A stretch of DNA of 64,000 nucleotides, taken from positions 131,569-195,568 of the forward strand of contig CAZFVQ010000001.1 in NCBI GenBank assembly GCA_964522415.1, given 5' to 3'. Numbering within the stretch: the first letter of the stretch is position 1; each line of letters opens with the position of its first letter. A program made the position numbers and the translations under genes. Source of the DNA: an uncultured Rikenellaceae bacterium (GTDB lineage Bacteria; Bacteroidota; Bacteroidia; Bacteroidales; VadinHA17). A model generated the notes under the pieces. The model was given only the letters and a program-made list of their open reading frames with translations, did not search any database and was not told the DNA's origin. Positions 9,400 through 19,032 of this stretch are shown here, piece after piece.

Positions 9400-10848
9400 A
9401 TGTTAAACCACAAGAGAACCAAGATTGTTGCAACCATTTCCGACAAGAACTGCGAGCCTGATTTTATAAGGGATCTTTATGAATCGGGAATGGATGTGGT
9501 AAGGATAAATTCTGCCCATCTCGAAATTGAAGGGGCTTTGCGTATAATACGAAATGTAAGAAAGGTATCGGATAAAATTGCAATTCTGATTGATACAAAA
9601 GGACCGGAGATGCGGACTACGGACTGTGACGAACCGGTAAACATAGAAACGGGAACTGTAATAAGGATAGCCGGGGATCCCGGGAAAAAAACGACATCCG
9701 AAATCATTCATGTAAACCTTCGGAGTATCGCGGACGAAGTTCCTGTCGGGTCCAGGTTAATGATAGATGACGGGGAAATTGTATTCAGGGTTATAGGAAA
9801 GGACAAGGACAGGGATATGCTTATCTGCAAGTCCGAGAACAAGGGTCTGATCGGATCAAGGAAAAGTGTAAATGTTCCGGGTGTGAAAATTGATCTGCCT
9901 TCCCTCACTGACAAGGACAGGATATTTATTCAGATGGCTGCGGCCAATGATATTGAATTCATCGCTCATTCCTTTGTCAGAAGAAAGCAGGACGCGCTTG
10001 ATGTTCAGGCTGAAATAGATAAATATAACAGCGGTATTAAGATTATTGCTAAAATTGAGAATCAGGAGGGAGTTGAGAATATTACCGATATACTTGACGT
10101 GGTTTATGGGATAATGGTGGCAAGGGGAGACCTGGCAATTGAGATTCCCTATGAAAAGATCCCACCCCTGCAGAAAATGATAATTTCAAGATGTATTTAT
10201 TGCAGGAAGCCTGTTATAGTAGCCACTCAGATGCTGCATTCAATGATCACGAATCCCAGGCCGACAAGGGCTGAGGTGAGCGATATTGCCAGTGCGGTAT
10301 ATTCCCAGACAGATGCACTGATGCTTAGCGGCGAGACTGCAATCGGGGAATATCCTGTAGAGGCAGTAAGAACGATGACCAAAGTAGCACTCGAAGTGGA
10401 AAGGAACAAGGAGAAATTCCTTGAAACTCCTTTTATAAACGTTACCGGGGAAATTTCCTCCTATCTGGCAAAGGTAGCCGTGGAGACATCGCTCAGGATA
10501 GGTGCCAGGGGAATAATTGCCGATACAAGCGGAGGCAGAACCATTAGGGATATGGCTTCATACAGGGGTTTTAACCTTATACTTGCCCAATGCTACAATA
10601 CAAGGGCAATGAGGGAACTTGCCCTCTCGTACGGAGTATATACAAGTTATCAGGAACGCAGGGATTCAATTGATCAGTTCATCCATATTGCACTTTCCAA
10701 TCTGATCACTGAGTACGATCTCAGAGGTGATGACAAGGTAGTCGTTCTTGCCGGCAACTTTTCAGGAGGTTCCGGATTCTCCTTTATTGAGGTCGGCACC
10801 GTTGAATACCTCAACAACCGGATAGGATTCCTTCAGAAAATGATCTGA
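9400..10848 (+). CDS. pyk: Pyruvate kinase
   Basis: TKIVATI, VVRINSAH, IIAKIENQEG and MVARGDLAIEIP blocks. The ATG at 9400 follows the aroQ stop by 4 nt, whereas the track start at 9370 would overlap aroQ. Confidence 0.9.
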   Translation: MLNHKRTKIVATISDKNCEPDFIRDLYESGMDVVRINSAHLEIEGALRIIRNVRKVSDKIAILIDTKGPEMRTTDCDEPVNIETGTVIRIAGDPGKKTTSEIIHVNLRSIADEVPVGSRLMIDDGEIVFRVIGKDKDRDMLICKSENKGLIGSRKSVNVPGVKIDLPSLTDKDRIFIQMAAANDIEFIAHSFVRRKQDALDVQAEIDKYNSGIKIIAKIENQEGVENITDILDVVYGIMVARGDLAIEIPYEKIPPLQKMIISRCIYCRKPVIVATQMLHSMITNPRPTRAEVSDIASAVYSQTDALMLSGETAIGEYPVEAVRTMTKVALEVERNKEKFLETPFINVTGEISSYLAKVAVETSLRIGARGIIADTSGGRTIRDMASYRGFNLILAQCYNTRAMRELALSYGVYTSYQERRDSIDQFIHIALSNLITEYDLRGDDKVVVLAGNFSGGSGFSFIEVGTVEYLNNRIGFLQKMI

Positions 10849-10873
10849 TTGGTCTGGTTTTTGATGGAAAGTA

Positions 10874-11386
10874 ATGGCTTTTAGATTGAGCAGTATGCTG
10901 AAAAATCTGGTTTTGATCCTTCCTCTGATCCTTCATCCGGTTCATGTAAGCATAACAAGTATTGAGCACATACCGGCGACGGATTCGATAAAGGTTTTTG
11001 TAAGAATGTATTATGATGACTTCCTGCTTGACTACTGCATGTTTGACGATGATGCCGATCCTGACGGATTATCACTGACAGAACTTCTTCCGGATGATCA
11101 GATGAATGAATACCTTGCAGAGAAAGTTGTAATTACGGTAAACAATAAACGGCTTGACGGCAGGTTAATAAATCAGACGCTGGCCATAGGGGTTGATGAG
11201 GTGGAAGTAAGCATAAACCTGGTTTATCATACGGACAGACAACCGGAAATTTTTAGCATCAGAAATGAAATTATGACCGGACTTTATGATGATCAGGCCA
11301 ATATGACTATTGTTCGTATGAGCGGACTGGAAGAAGGGGTGAAACTGACACCCGAAAAAACAGAGCAGACTTATATATTAAAATAA
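10874..11386 (+). CDS. Small secreted protein, DUF6702-like (function unknown)
   Basis: Signal-like N-terminus followed by HPVHVSITSIEH. The length and block pattern resemble the Bacteroidota DUF6702 family as I recall it; this was not checked by search. Confidence 0.5.
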   Translation: MAFRLSSMLKNLVLILPLILHPVHVSITSIEHIPATDSIKVFVRMYYDDFLLDYCMFDDDADPDGLSLTELLPDDQMNEYLAEKVVITVNNKRLDGRLINQTLAIGVDEVEVSINLVYHTDRQPEIFSIRNEIMTGLYDDQANMTIVRMSGLEEGVKLTPEKTEQTYILK

Positions 11387-11410
11387 TTGAGAGCTACAAG
11401 AATTCAGGTT

Positions 11411-14020
11411 ATGAAAAGATTTTCCGCGATATTGCTTTTTTTATTGAATTTCCTGATTCTCTCAGCCACCCACAACAGGGCGGGAGAGATCACATATGTT
11501 CAGATTTCCGATCTTACCTATGAAATAACCATCACCACCTTTACCTATACATTAAGTCTGGCCGACAGGCCCCAGCTTGATGTGGACTGGGGAGACAACA
11601 CGGTTTCAACGGCTGACAGGATAGAAAAAATATCCCTTCCCAATTATTACAACAGGAATGTATACAAGATCAGGCATACTTATCCGGGACCGGGTATTTA
11701 CAGGATAGTAGTACAGGATCCGAACAGAAATTACGGAGTAAAAAATATCCCGAACAGTGTAAATGTTGTTTTTTCGATTTCAACAATTCTGTTTGTTGAT
11801 CCTGCCATGGGGAGAAACAGCACTCCTGTCCTGCTTAACCCTCCCTATGACAAGGCAGCTCTTGGTCATGTTTTTATTCACAATCCTGCAGCATATGACC
11901 CTGACGGGGACAGTCTTTCGTATGAGTTGACAAAATGTACACGTGAAGACGGAAGGGTTATTGAAAATTACACATTTCCCCCGGCAACGGATTTTCTTAA
12001 GGTTGATTCGCTGACAGGTGACCTTATCTGGAATACGCCTGCAGATACCGGCACCTATAATGTGGCAATGGAGATACAGGAATGGAGGGGCGGAAGGAAA
12101 ATCGGTACTGTGGTCCGTGATATGCAGATTGAGGTTTTTAAAACGCGGAACAAACCGCCTGAGAACGGTCCTCTCAAAAACTTCTGCGTGGAAGCGGGTG
12201 CGCTTGTGAATTTCACTGTATCAGCCACTGATCCCGACGGGGATTTTATTCAGCAGAGAGCCAATTCAGGTGTGTTCACTATCGAAAAATGTCCTGCCAC
12301 ATTTACAAAAATTGATTCCTTGGCGGGTTACTCTTCCTCGGAATTCACATGGGCTCCATGCTATGAAGCCGTCAGGGAGCAGCCCTATAACATTATATTC
12401 AAAGCCGAAGACAATAATCCGGAAGTAAAGCTCGCAGCTCTTGACAATATGACAATCAAAGTGCTTGGACCGGCACCTGTTCTTCTGAATGCCCGTCCCG
12501 AAGGTAAAATAATAAGGCTTATCTGGGAAAATTACGGAACGGATGTGATATCCGGATTTAATATTTACAGGAGAATCGGACCCTCCACTTTTGTACAGGA
12601 TTCATGTACTTCGGGATTGCCGGTATCAACAGGCTTTATAAAAGTTGGCTATATAGCAGGCCATGAAACGGTTTCTTTTATCGATTCAAACAACGGGGAA
12701 GGCCTGGATTTTGGAAATGAATACACTTACCGGGTTGTTGCGGTATATAGTAACGGCACGGAAAGCAAGGCCTCAAATGAAATAACATCAATTCTTGTTT
12801 CAGGACTTCCGGTAATTAAGAATGTAAGCGTTAACAGCACGAGCCCTTCCGGCGGATCAATTTTTGTCGGCTGGAGAAAACCCGGCCGGCTTGACACAAT
12901 ACCCGCACCGGGTCCTTGGGAATATATAATCTACAGATCTGACGGAATCACTGGTACAGAGTTTGAATTGATAAGGTCAATACCGACAGTCAACCTCAAT
13001 GACACCACATTCACAGATAGTCCGCTGAACACACAGTCACAGGGATATATTTACAAAATCGAATTGTGGAACCGGACCCCCGGCAACGAATTTCTCATAG
13101 GTGAAGCTTCCTACGCTTCATCAGTTTTCCTTACGGTAAGTCCCGGTGACAGAAAAGCAAGGTTTGTCATAGAAAGGAATGTTCCTTGGATAAACAGCCG
13201 TTATGATTTCTTCCGGCAAAACAGCCTTACAATGGAGTTTGATTTAATCGGTTCAACCAATCAATTGACTTTCACTGATCCGGATCTTGAAAATGATAGG
13301 GAGTATTGCTATTATGTAAGGTCAACAGGAGCTTATCTGATGGAAAACATGCCCCGGGATCTCATTAATTTTTCACAGATAAACTGTGTGACCCCGGTTG
13401 ACAATGAACCTCCGTGTCCGCCGGAACTTACCGTAACAAGCCAGTGCGACAGTCTTTACAACCATCTCAGGTGGAAGATAGAAGATCCTGAATGTTTTGA
13501 AGATGTTACAGGATATAAGGTATATTATGCCATGACTTATGAGGAACAACCGTCTCTGATCGCTACCATTGACGATAAAAATATATTCAGCTATAAACAC
13601 TACCCTGGTGAAATAGTATCAGGCTGTTATGCGGTATCTGCATTTGATGCGGCCGGAAATGAAAGTGCATGGTCCCTGAAAATTTGTGTTGATTCCTGTA
13701 ATTTTTATGAAATTCCCAATGTGTTTACACCCAATATGGACAATATCAATGACAGGCTGATAGCAAAAACATCTGCACTGGTGGAGAAGGTGGATTTCAA
13801 ATTATTCAACAGGAACGGGCTTTTGATTTTCAGTACCGATAAACCGCGAATTGACTGGGATGGAACATACAAGGGAAAAATAGTCTCTCCGGGGGTCTAT
13901 TTTTACCAGTGCGATGTTTTTGAACGCCGGATAACAGGCCTGGAACAGTTTCATCTTTCAGGATTTGTTCACGTGATCACTGAAAAGGGAGCAGAAATTC
14001 CGAGGAGGGAAACAAAATGA
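11411..14020 (+). CDS. Large secreted multidomain protein with a T9SS type-B (gliding-motility-associated) C-terminal sorting domain
   Basis: Signal peptide MKRFSAILLFLLNFL, N-terminal HNRAGEITY block, FN3-like modules (GFNIYRR, GYKVYYA) and a C-terminal YEIPNVFTPNMDNINDRL ... GVYFYQ block typical of type-B CTDs. Confidence 0.85.
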   Translation: MKRFSAILLFLLNFLILSATHNRAGEITYVQISDLTYEITITTFTYTLSLADRPQLDVDWGDNTVSTADRIEKISLPNYYNRNVYKIRHTYPGPGIYRIVVQDPNRNYGVKNIPNSVNVVFSISTILFVDPAMGRNSTPVLLNPPYDKAALGHVFIHNPAAYDPDGDSLSYELTKCTREDGRVIENYTFPPATDFLKVDSLTGDLIWNTPADTGTYNVAMEIQEWRGGRKIGTVVRDMQIEVFKTRNKPPENGPLKNFCVEAGALVNFTVSATDPDGDFIQQRANSGVFTIEKCPATFTKIDSLAGYSSSEFTWAPCYEAVREQPYNIIFKAEDNNPEVKLAALDNMTIKVLGPAPVLLNARPEGKIIRLIWENYGTDVISGFNIYRRIGPSTFVQDSCTSGLPVSTGFIKVGYIAGHETVSFIDSNNGEGLDFGNEYTYRVVAVYSNGTESKASNEITSILVSGLPVIKNVSVNSTSPSGGSIFVGWRKPGRLDTIPAPGPWEYIIYRSDGITGTEFELIRSIPTVNLNDTTFTDSPLNTQSQGYIYKIELWNRTPGNEFLIGEASYASSVFLTVSPGDRKARFVIERNVPWINSRYDFFRQNSLTMEFDLIGSTNQLTFTDPDLENDREYCYYVRSTGAYLMENMPRDLINFSQINCVTPVDNEPPCPPELTVTSQCDSLYNHLRWKIEDPECFEDVTGYKVYYAMTYEEQPSLIATIDDKNIFSYKHYPGEIVSGCYAVSAFDAAGNESAWSLKICVDSCNFYEIPNVFTPNMDNINDRLIAKTSALVEKVDFKLFNRNGLLIFSTDKPRIDWDGTYKGKIVSPGVYFYQCDVFERRITGLEQFHLSGFVHVITEKGAEIPRRETK

Positions 14021-15240
14021 AACACCTGATCCTGACACCCAGAAAAACCATATTGGTTCTGACTATGATGCTTATTTCCGGATTTGCATACAGTCAGCAG
14101 ATTATTGATTACCTGCTGCAGGCAAAGGCGTTCAGCAGGGCCGGAAATCCTGAAGCCTCTGTTCAGGTCCTGACGGAAGCAATCGGCAGGCAGCGCGATT
14201 ATCGCCTTTTTCTTGAGAGAGCCGAAGCGAATACTGTAAGTGGAAAATATTCAGAAGCCATAGCCGATTACAATAGTGCCAACAGTCTTGCACCACTGTC
14301 AGGTGAATATGGCCTGGCAAAAGTGTATGCTCTAAGGGGTGATGCCGCCACTTCTGTTTATCACCTGGAATTAACCATGAAATCGGATTACAAGAAAAGC
14401 GAAAAGGAAATAATGCTGGATCCTGTGTTTGAAAAGATTGAAAACCGGTCCGAATGGCGGCAATTCTGGAGGAAGAGCTGGTATTCCCTTGCCGAGGAGA
14501 GACTTTCGGAAATAGAATATTATTCTTCTGCAGGCAGGATAGAAGAAGCTTCTGCTTCCCTGAATGAGCTTATGAAAGTTTATCCGGATACTGAAATCAC
14601 GAAATATGCCGAAGCGCTTGTTCACATGTCAGCCGGCCGTTTTACTTCAGCTGTCAGGATACTCTCGGGCCTTCTGGACACGGATCAGGCCAATGAAAAA
14701 TATCTCAGAACCCTTGGCAGGGCCCAGGATGCTCTGGGAAACCAGGCAGGTGCATCAGTGACCTATTCGAAACTTATCAGTCTTGGAGTGGCTGATCCCG
14801 ATCTGTTCCTCAAGCGGGCGGAATCATTCAGCAAAACAGGCGAAAATGACAAGGCAATAGCTGATCTTGAAAAGTATCTCAGCCTGTTTCCGGGGGAGAA
14901 AAATGCATTGAGGCTGGCGGGGAGGATGAGTGTCGTGGCAGGAGATAATCTTAAGGCACTTTCTTATTTTACCGAAAATCTTAAGAACAATCCCAATGAT
15001 CCGCAGTGTTATATCGACAGGGCTAATTCCTATCTGTCAGCCAGATCGTGGGACTGGGCTGTACTGGATTATGCCATGGCACTTGATCTTGAGCCCGGCA
15101 ATCCCGATACCTGGCTGAACAAAGGCATTGCACTTCTTAATGCGGGTAAAACGGATGATGCCTGTCATGATTTCAGAAAATCATTCAGGATGGGCAACAA
15201 AAGGGCTACAGAATATATCAGCAAACACTGTATAAAATAG
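14017..15240 (+). CDS. Tetratricopeptide-repeat protein with signal peptide
   Basis: ATGA overlap with the preceding cargo gene, and repeated 34-residue TPR-like units (A..Y..A..L.P pattern) throughout. Confidence 0.75.
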   Translation: MKHLILTPRKTILVLTMMLISGFAYSQQIIDYLLQAKAFSRAGNPEASVQVLTEAIGRQRDYRLFLERAEANTVSGKYSEAIADYNSANSLAPLSGEYGLAKVYALRGDAATSVYHLELTMKSDYKKSEKEIMLDPVFEKIENRSEWRQFWRKSWYSLAEERLSEIEYYSSAGRIEEASASLNELMKVYPDTEITKYAEALVHMSAGRFTSAVRILSGLLDTDQANEKYLRTLGRAQDALGNQAGASVTYSKLISLGVADPDLFLKRAESFSKTGENDKAIADLEKYLSLFPGEKNALRLAGRMSVVAGDNLKALSYFTENLKNNPNDPQCYIDRANSYLSARSWDWAVLDYAMALDLEPGNPDTWLNKGIALLNAGKTDDACHDFRKSFRMGNKRATEYISKHCIK

Positions 15241-15342
15241 AATTGGAGTGTGCAGCAGGCTGCGGCCAGCAGGGATAGTACAAACAGCAGACTGCCGGAG
15301 GATACAGTAAAATGCAGGTTATAATCTGCGGAAGGACAATCC

Positions 15343-18192
15343 TTATTTTATATGTTTTTTAATTCTTTCGAAAAGATCATGAGGCTTGAATGGCTTAAGA
15401 ACATAGTCATTAATGTTCAGCTGATCCAGTCTGTCGTGATTTTCCGACATGATTGCGGCAGTCAGGGCAACTATCGGTATATCCCTGATCCGCGGATTCT
15501 CTGAGTTTCTGATTACCTGCGTGGCCTCTATACCATCCATTATAGGCATGTGGAGATCCATCAGTATCAGATCAAAATTTTCATTTTCAAGTTTTTCAAT
15601 TGCAAGCTGCCCGTCTTCGGCATGGGTGACAATCACACCCCATCCGCTCAGGAATTTGTTCACAACGAAGAAATTGATTTTATTGTCTTCAGCAACAAGG
15701 ATTTTCCTGCCTTCAAGACCGGTATATGTTTCGGCAACCTGGGTTTCTTCATCCCGTGCATCATCATCCGTTATGTCTTCGAAGCTGAGTGTGAAACTGA
15801 ATGTTGATCCGTTTCCCGGTTCGCTGTGAACCGTTATCGTTCCTCCCTGCAATTCAACCAGCTTTTTGCAGATAGCCAGTCCAAGTCCGGTACCACCGTA
15901 TCTTCTTGTAGTATCCGACGAAGCCTGGGCGTAGTTTTCAAATATTGCTGCCTGTTTTTCATAAGGTATGCCGATACCACTGTCTTTTACGGAAAATTCA
16001 AGTTTTGATTCCTTGTTGTTCCTTTCGAATTCTTTGATATTCACTATTATACTGCCTTTTTTGGTAAATTTCAATGCGTTAGACAGGAGATTTGACAGGA
16101 TCTGGTTAAGCCTGATCTGGTCGCCAATGACGTTCACAGGCAGGTTGCCTTCTTTGACTATTTGGAAATCAAGATTTTTGGCCTTTGATCTGAATGAATA
16201 GGATCTCATGATTTCATCAAGAAAATCATTGAGGTTGAAACGGATCTTCTCAAAGACTATTTTACCCGACTCCATCTTGTTGTAGTCCAGCACATCATTT
16301 ACGAGTGTGAGCAGATGGTTTCCGGAGAATCTCAGTGTTTTGATAAAATCCATCTGGTCGTCGCGGGGATTTCCCTGAAGCAGGAGATTTGTAATTCCAA
16401 TGACTTCATTCAGCGGTGTCCGGATCTCATGGCTCATGGTTGACATGAATATTTGCTTTGACTGGGCGGCTTCTTCGGCTTTTTGCCTGGCCGTAATAAG
16501 ATTATCAAGCATTATTCTTCTCTGCAGTGCAACAGCCGTCTGGTTGGCAATGAAATCAAGGACGTACAGATCGTCAGGCGAAAACCTGTCCTCATCATTA
16601 TAATCCTGAAGGCATATGATGCCAATTACGTCATTGTCGACCTTTAGGGGAACACCCATCCATACCTTGCATTGTGTTCCGATTAGTTCTATGTCGCCTG
16701 ATCCCTCCAGTTCTGCAAGATCCTTTTCCTTGAGCAGTACTGATTTCTTGTTCCTGATAACCCAGCCCGTTATTGTTTTGTGTGCGGATATTTCCCTGAA
16801 AGTGTCTTTTTCATCGGCAAAGAACGGCATGGTGAGTGTTTCCGTTTTGCTGTCATAGAGAGCAATATAGAAATTGTTGGTACTCCAGATTTTTCCCAGT
16901 TCCCGTTCAATGATGGGGTAGAGCTCTTCAAGGTCTGTCTGCTGAAGGGCAGCAGATGAAATATTATAAAGGACTTCCTGCTGCAGGGCATTTTTCTTTT
17001 CAGTGGTTATATCCCTGTATATTCCGACAAATGCCGCAGGTTCATAATTCACAATTATTGCCGTTGAGGTGAGTGAGACCTGGATACGGTTCCCGGATTT
17101 ATCCCTCCTTATTGTCTCTCTTATTACCCGGTGACGTTCGGCAGCCAGCTTGTCAATGCTTTCCGCCTCTTCCCTGAATTCACCGGGCACAACCAGGTCG
17201 TTAATATTCCTGTTTATGGCTTCGGCGGAAGTATAGCTGAAAAGATTCGTAAATTCCTTGTTGATCATGGTAATCTTTCCCTGAACATCGGAAATTACTA
17301 TTGCCAGAGGAGTGGAATCAATCAGGTGTTCAAGAAAGGCCTTTTCCCTGGTGATTTGTTCTTCGTATTTCTTACTCTTGCTTATATCGGTGACCGTTCC
17401 CCTGTATCCGATTATTTTGTCTTCATGAAATATTGCAAATGAATGAGTTATTATGGGTATGCCGGTGCCGTCCTTTTTCCTTGCATAATATTCATTGCTT
17501 GAAACATCTTCCGGATTCCTGATGGCAGCCAGGTTCTCTATCATTTTTTTATGGTTGTCCGGAAAGAACTGGGAAATATACAGGCCCTTTCTCATTTCCT
17601 CCACGGTATATCCCGAAAATTTTAGTGCCTGTGTGTTGGCAAAAATCAGTTTCCCGCTCAGATCAACCTCAAAGATCATCTCGGGAAGCATGTTGGCAAA
17701 ATTTTCAAATTCAAACCTGCTTCTTCTGATTTCAGCATTTTTTTTCTGCAGAGTTCCTGGTTCCCAGGTTATAATTATATTGCCCGGAGAAATTGAAAAT
17801 CCCATATAAAAACCTTCAGAATCATCATTCATGGGAGAGACGGGCAGCTTTTGAGCTTCCCCCGACTGATGTATCAGATTCAGAAGTTCAGAAAGCCTGG
17901 GCTTTTCGGAAAGGGAGGTTGATTCTACAGGTTTCCCGGCAATCTCTTCCTTATCAATCAGTTCTGTTTCTTCAGCTTTCCTGTTAAGGGCCATAATATA
18001 AAAGCGGCCATCTTCCTTCCTGCTGAAGAGGGCAAGATAAGTGCTTACAGTTGTGAATATTTCATCAGGAATTGCCCATCTGACGCTATCAGGAGACAAC
18101 TCCTTTTTTTCTCCTGAATAAACAGATGCAAGTTCGTTCTGGAGCAGAATATACTTCTTCTCCAATTCTCTAAACTTTTTTTTATAGTTCAT
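15343..18192 (-). CDS. Hybrid sensor histidine kinase/response regulator with PAS and GAF-like sensor domains
   Basis: H-box SHEIRTPLN, an ATPase domain with GGTGLGLAI, a C-terminal receiver (ILMDLHMPIMDG) and PAS-like blocks upstream. The track start at 18255 adds 21 non-protein-like residues, so the ATG at 18192 (MNYKKKF) is preferred. Confidence 0.85.
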   Translation of the reverse strand: MNYKKKFRELEKKYILLQNELASVYSGEKKELSPDSVRWAIPDEIFTTVSTYLALFSRKEDGRFYIMALNRKAEETELIDKEEIAGKPVESTSLSEKPRLSELLNLIHQSGEAQKLPVSPMNDDSEGFYMGFSISPGNIIITWEPGTLQKKNAEIRRSRFEFENFANMLPEMIFEVDLSGKLIFANTQALKFSGYTVEEMRKGLYISQFFPDNHKKMIENLAAIRNPEDVSSNEYYARKKDGTGIPIITHSFAIFHEDKIIGYRGTVTDISKSKKYEEQITREKAFLEHLIDSTPLAIVISDVQGKITMINKEFTNLFSYTSAEAINRNINDLVVPGEFREEAESIDKLAAERHRVIRETIRRDKSGNRIQVSLTSTAIIVNYEPAAFVGIYRDITTEKKNALQQEVLYNISSAALQQTDLEELYPIIERELGKIWSTNNFYIALYDSKTETLTMPFFADEKDTFREISAHKTITGWVIRNKKSVLLKEKDLAELEGSGDIELIGTQCKVWMGVPLKVDNDVIGIICLQDYNDEDRFSPDDLYVLDFIANQTAVALQRRIMLDNLITARQKAEEAAQSKQIFMSTMSHEIRTPLNEVIGITNLLLQGNPRDDQMDFIKTLRFSGNHLLTLVNDVLDYNKMESGKIVFEKIRFNLNDFLDEIMRSYSFRSKAKNLDFQIVKEGNLPVNVIGDQIRLNQILSNLLSNALKFTKKGSIIVNIKEFERNNKESKLEFSVKDSGIGIPYEKQAAIFENYAQASSDTTRRYGGTGLGLAICKKLVELQGGTITVHSEPGNGSTFSFTLSFEDITDDDARDEETQVAETYTGLEGRKILVAEDNKINFFVVNKFLSGWGVIVTHAEDGQLAIEKLENENFDLILMDLHMPIMDGIEATQVIRNSENPRIRDIPIVALTAAIMSENHDRLDQLNINDYVLKPFKPHDLFERIKKHIK

Positions 18193-18261
18193 CAGACAGT
18201 AAGTATTGCGCCCTAAAATTAGCAAATAAAGTGCTAACTGCAATACCCTGAGCACGAAAAA

Positions 18262-18927
18262 TTACTTTTCAGGTCCTGCTGTTTTTTTTAGAATGACAGA
18301 TTGATAATATTTACAGAAGGAATTCAGCCCGCATTCCTCACACAGAGGCTTTCTCGCCTTGCAGATATATCTGCCGTGAAGGATCAGCCAGTGATGGGCA
18401 TCATGCCTGAGTTCCGGGGCTATATTTCCTGTAAGCTGATCTTCTGCTTCTGCAGGAGTTTTTGCATTTGTTGTAAGTCCTATTCTTCCCGATACCCTGA
18501 AGACATGCGTGTCAACTGCAATAACAGGCTTTTTGAAAATGACGGAGGCTACTACATTGGCAGTTTTTCTTCCCACACCCGGTAGTTTCTGCAATAATTC
18601 GGGCTCGGATGGTACCATGCAGTCAAAATCGCTTACAAGCATTTTGGCCATCTCTGAGAGATGCCTTGCCTTGTTGTTGGGATATGAGCATGATCTGATA
18701 TAATCAAAAATTTCCGCTTGTCCGGCTTTGGCCATTGATTCCGCATCGGGAAACCTTTTCAGCAGGGGGGGGGTGATTATGTTGACTCTTTTGTCGGTGC
18801 ATTGGGCAGAAAGGATTACTGCCACAATCAGTTCAAAGGGGTTACGGTATTTCAGTTCGGTTTCCACAACCGGACAGTTCTTTTGAAAATATTCAAATGT
18901 GAGCCTGTATCTCTCCTTTTTGGTCAT
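18262..18927 (-). CDS. nth: Endonuclease III (DNA glycosylase/AP lyase)
   Basis: HhH-GPD block LPGVGRKTANVV and the C-terminal 4Fe-4S loop CKARKPLCEECGLNSFC. Confidence 0.9.
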   Translation of the reverse strand: MTKKERYRLTFEYFQKNCPVVETELKYRNPFELIVAVILSAQCTDKRVNIITPPLLKRFPDAESMAKAGQAEIFDYIRSCSYPNNKARHLSEMAKMLVSDFDCMVPSEPELLQKLPGVGRKTANVVASVIFKKPVIAVDTHVFRVSGRIGLTTNAKTPAEAEDQLTGNIAPELRHDAHHWLILHGRYICKARKPLCEECGLNSFCKYYQSVILKKTAGPEK

Positions 18928-18967
18928 ATATTATTCGCATCAGAAAGGTGGTGAAGTTAATGAATTT

Positions 18968-18975
18968 TATATTTG
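18968..18975 (+). promoter_or_regulatory. -7 promoter motif TATATTTG upstream of aroB
   Basis: Exact TAnnTTTG match (context TTTTATATTTGCAAA) 58 nt upstream of the aroB start. Confidence 0.45.
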
Positions 18976-19032
18976 CAAAGCGGACTCTGATAATCAGGTT
19001 TTTTTAACTTTATCACAAAATTCAATGCTGGT

